From Phycisphaerales bacterium (GTDB lineage Bacteria > Planctomycetota > Phycisphaerae > WQYP01): DNA of 64,000 nucleotides. Positions 62,046 through 64,000 of this stretch are shown piece after piece (position 1 is the stretch's first letter; every line of letters begins with the position of its first letter). The stretch is from assembly GCA_027451365.1 (NCBI GenBank), contig DAIDJN010000040.1, positions 1-64,000 of the forward strand, given 5' to 3'. The notes under the pieces are model-generated. The model saw only the letters and a program-made list of their open reading frames with translations. It had not been told where the DNA came from and ran no database searches. Made by a program: the position numbers and the translations under genes.

Positions 62046-62984
62046 ATGCCCGATACACCCCCAGCCCATGTGACCGGCCCGACCGTCCGCTGCCGCTGGT
62101 GCGGCTATTCGGCGGCGGGCACCGGGGAAACAAGCTGCCCGCGCTGCGGCGCCACACTGGCCATCAGCGTCCGGTCTGATACCGCCGGCTGGAGCGAACT
62201 TCCCCCCGTTGCCAACATGACGCGCATTAAACTCGGCGACAGCACCTGCCAGATTGAAGGCCAGACCGTGCCCGTGGCCGATTTTAATTTGCGCGGGAAT
62301 GATGGCATTTTCTTTTCGCACCATTATCTGCTCTGGCGGGATGTAACCGTCTCGTTAAATACCATGTCCATCGCGGGAGGCATCAAACGGTTGCTCGGCG
62401 GTCTGCCCCTGTTTATGACGCGCGCCACCGGTCCGGGGCATCTGGCGCTTTCGCGTGATGTGCCGGGCGAGATTATTGCCATCCCACTGGACCCCGGCCA
62501 GGAAGTGGATGTACGCGAACATATGTTCTTGGCGGCCACAGGCCCCATAGATTACCAGTTGCGGGATTCAAATATCTGGTTTCAGCAGCGATCCGGCCAG
62601 AACAATGACGACATCGAAACCTTTTACCCCATCGGCTGGTATGTGGACCGCTTTTTCAGCGATAAACAGCCGGGGCTTCTTCTGCTCCACTGTTCCGGCA
62701 ACTGCTTTACCCGAATGCTTGGCCCGGATGAAACGCTGCTGGTGAAGCCAACCGCGTTCGTCTTTAAGGACAAAGCGGTTCACATGCAGTTGCATTTTGA
62801 ATATCCGCATTCAAATCAGACCTACACCGGCTTAAATCCGCGGCTGATCGGCTATCGGCCAAAGTTCACCTGGGTGGCGCTGCGGGGACCTGGGCGTGTG
62901 GCGATCCAGTCCGCTTATGAACCAATGGAAGGCGAATATTCGCGGGTGGACTGGTCGAGTGCGTGTACAAACCGCACATGGTAG
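62046..62984 (+). CDS. AIM24 family protein with N-terminal zinc ribbon (paralog)
   Basis: CRWC...CPRC; GPGHLAL, VREHMFL and GPGRVAIQS. Confidence 0.8.
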   Translation: MPDTPPAHVTGPTVRCRWCGYSAAGTGETSCPRCGATLAISVRSDTAGWSELPPVANMTRIKLGDSTCQIEGQTVPVADFNLRGNDGIFFSHHYLLWRDVTVSLNTMSIAGGIKRLLGGLPLFMTRATGPGHLALSRDVPGEIIAIPLDPGQEVDVREHMFLAATGPIDYQLRDSNIWFQQRSGQNNDDIETFYPIGWYVDRFFSDKQPGLLLLHCSGNCFTRMLGPDETLLVKPTAFVFKDKAVHMQLHFEYPHSNQTYTGLNPRLIGYRPKFTWVALRGPGRVAIQSAYEPMEGEYSRVDWSSACTNRTW

Positions 62985-63196
62985 CACAGTGCGTCAATTG
63001 TGCAGGCCACTGTCCATGTTGCCGATTAATTCCGCCGCGGATTTTGGGATAAGGTGCGGAGAAACTGGCTGAAGAAAAGGCCGGTATGCGGCGCAGGCTG
63101 GATATCTACGAATCGAAGCTTACACCGATGCATCCGGACCTGACGGGATGAAGGATATATCGGCGGCGAATGTCGGCAAAAGGAGATGGAACGGAA

Positions 63197-64000
63197 ATGG
63201 GAGTTAGAACCGCATCGGGTGCGTTTGTCGTGGTCATTTTTCTGTCGTGCTGCGTGCCGGTTCAACTGACCTGCGCGGCGGAGGCGGCTTCCGCGGGGGC
63301 CGTGCGAGCCAACCGTCTTGATCTTCAGGCACTCGTGGCATTGCATGAGAAGTCAGCCAAGGCGACCGCCATCGCCGGACACGACGCTCTGATGGCCTGT
63401 CTGGCCTGTCCCGGTGGCATGGATTCCTGGCTGATTCGCGGATATGTGGCGGCCCATAGTGGGTCCCTTGGTGATGCCCGGCAGTTTTTTTTGCGTGCAC
63501 TGGAAATCAGACCGCGATGCGCCATGGTGCTTAATGACCTTGCGGTGATTGCCTGGCGGGAAAAAAGCCGACCGCTGGCGTGCAATTATTTCTTGAGGGC
63601 ATTGCGGACCGGTCCGGTGGATCGCGATACCGCGGACAATATATTTTCGTTTCTGCAGCGTGTGGATACAGCGCATGGGCGGTTTCTGAGGCTGAAAAAT
63701 CAGTTTGCCGCAGCGGATAAAGTTTTGCAGAAAAAAATGGCCGCGCGGGGACTCGTGCGGCAGGGGGCTAATTGGATATCCGCCCAGCAGGCCCCGGTTG
63801 TCGCCTATTGGGACAGGGATTACGAAACCACGCGCCGCAATCTGGAAACCCAATTTGCGTTCGATCGCAGGCAACTTCGGTCAGAAGCCCGCGCGATGCG
63901 ACGCGCGCGTCTTGCCGTGGCCAGCTATTCCAATCAACTGCGGGTAACTGGCCAGGATTTTAATAATGCGACCGCTATCCAGCAGGCCCTCCAGCAGGCG
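63197..64000 (+). CDS. Exported TPR-like protein, 3'-truncated by the window
   Basis: Open frame from ATG 63197 (MGVRTASGAFVVVIFL...) to the end; TPR-like W..RGYVAA..G....ARQFFLRALEIRP.....LNDLAVI; absent from the ORF track because it has no stop. Confidence 0.65.
   Translation, partial: MGVRTASGAFVVVIFLSCCVPVQLTCAAEAASAGAVRANRLDLQALVALHEKSAKATAIAGHDALMACLACPGGMDSWLIRGYVAAHSGSLGDARQFFLRALEIRPRCAMVLNDLAVIAWREKSRPLACNYFLRALRTGPVDRDTADNIFSFLQRVDTAHGRFLRLKNQFAAADKVLQKKMAARGLVRQGANWISAQQAPVVAYWDRDYETTRRNLETQFAFDRRQLRSEARAMRRARLAVASYSNQLRVTGQDFNNATAIQQALQQA

Overview
About 64 kb of bacterial chromosome, most likely a Planctomycetota (Phycisphaerae-like) genome. This is an inference from PEP-CTERM proteins, a DUF1559/H-X9-DG-like protein, a prenyltransferase-repeat plus NPCBM gene pair and a coiled-coil/BRCT protein. 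Most of the window is housekeeping and carbohydrate metabolism: GH28, GH2, GH27, amidase, rpiA, tRNA-CAT, ispA, trpA, acnA, ROK kinase, PMM/PGM, dacB, gcvT/H, class II RNR nrdJ, dcd, mutY, dnaE and carB. Four things stand out. (1) A 3.4-kb accessory module (24210-27602) is bracketed by two ~95% identical 370-bp internally deleted IS3-derived elements. It carries a VapBC-like toxin-antitoxin pair, a transposase remnant, and a small signal-peptide-led PD-(D/E)XK nuclease toxin with a translationally coupled immunity-like gene. (2) Next to it lies a Clp N-domain/cytochrome P450 fusion. (3) The first 600 bp hold two promoter-equipped, ORF-free structured RNA candidates: a ~200-nt rod-like, possibly 6S-like RNA, and an ~80-nt three-way-junction RNA with twin CCCACU loops. 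(4) An NrdR-box and DnaA-box control region lies upstream of dcd-nrdJ. All calls come from manual motif reading; no database searches or folding programs were run.
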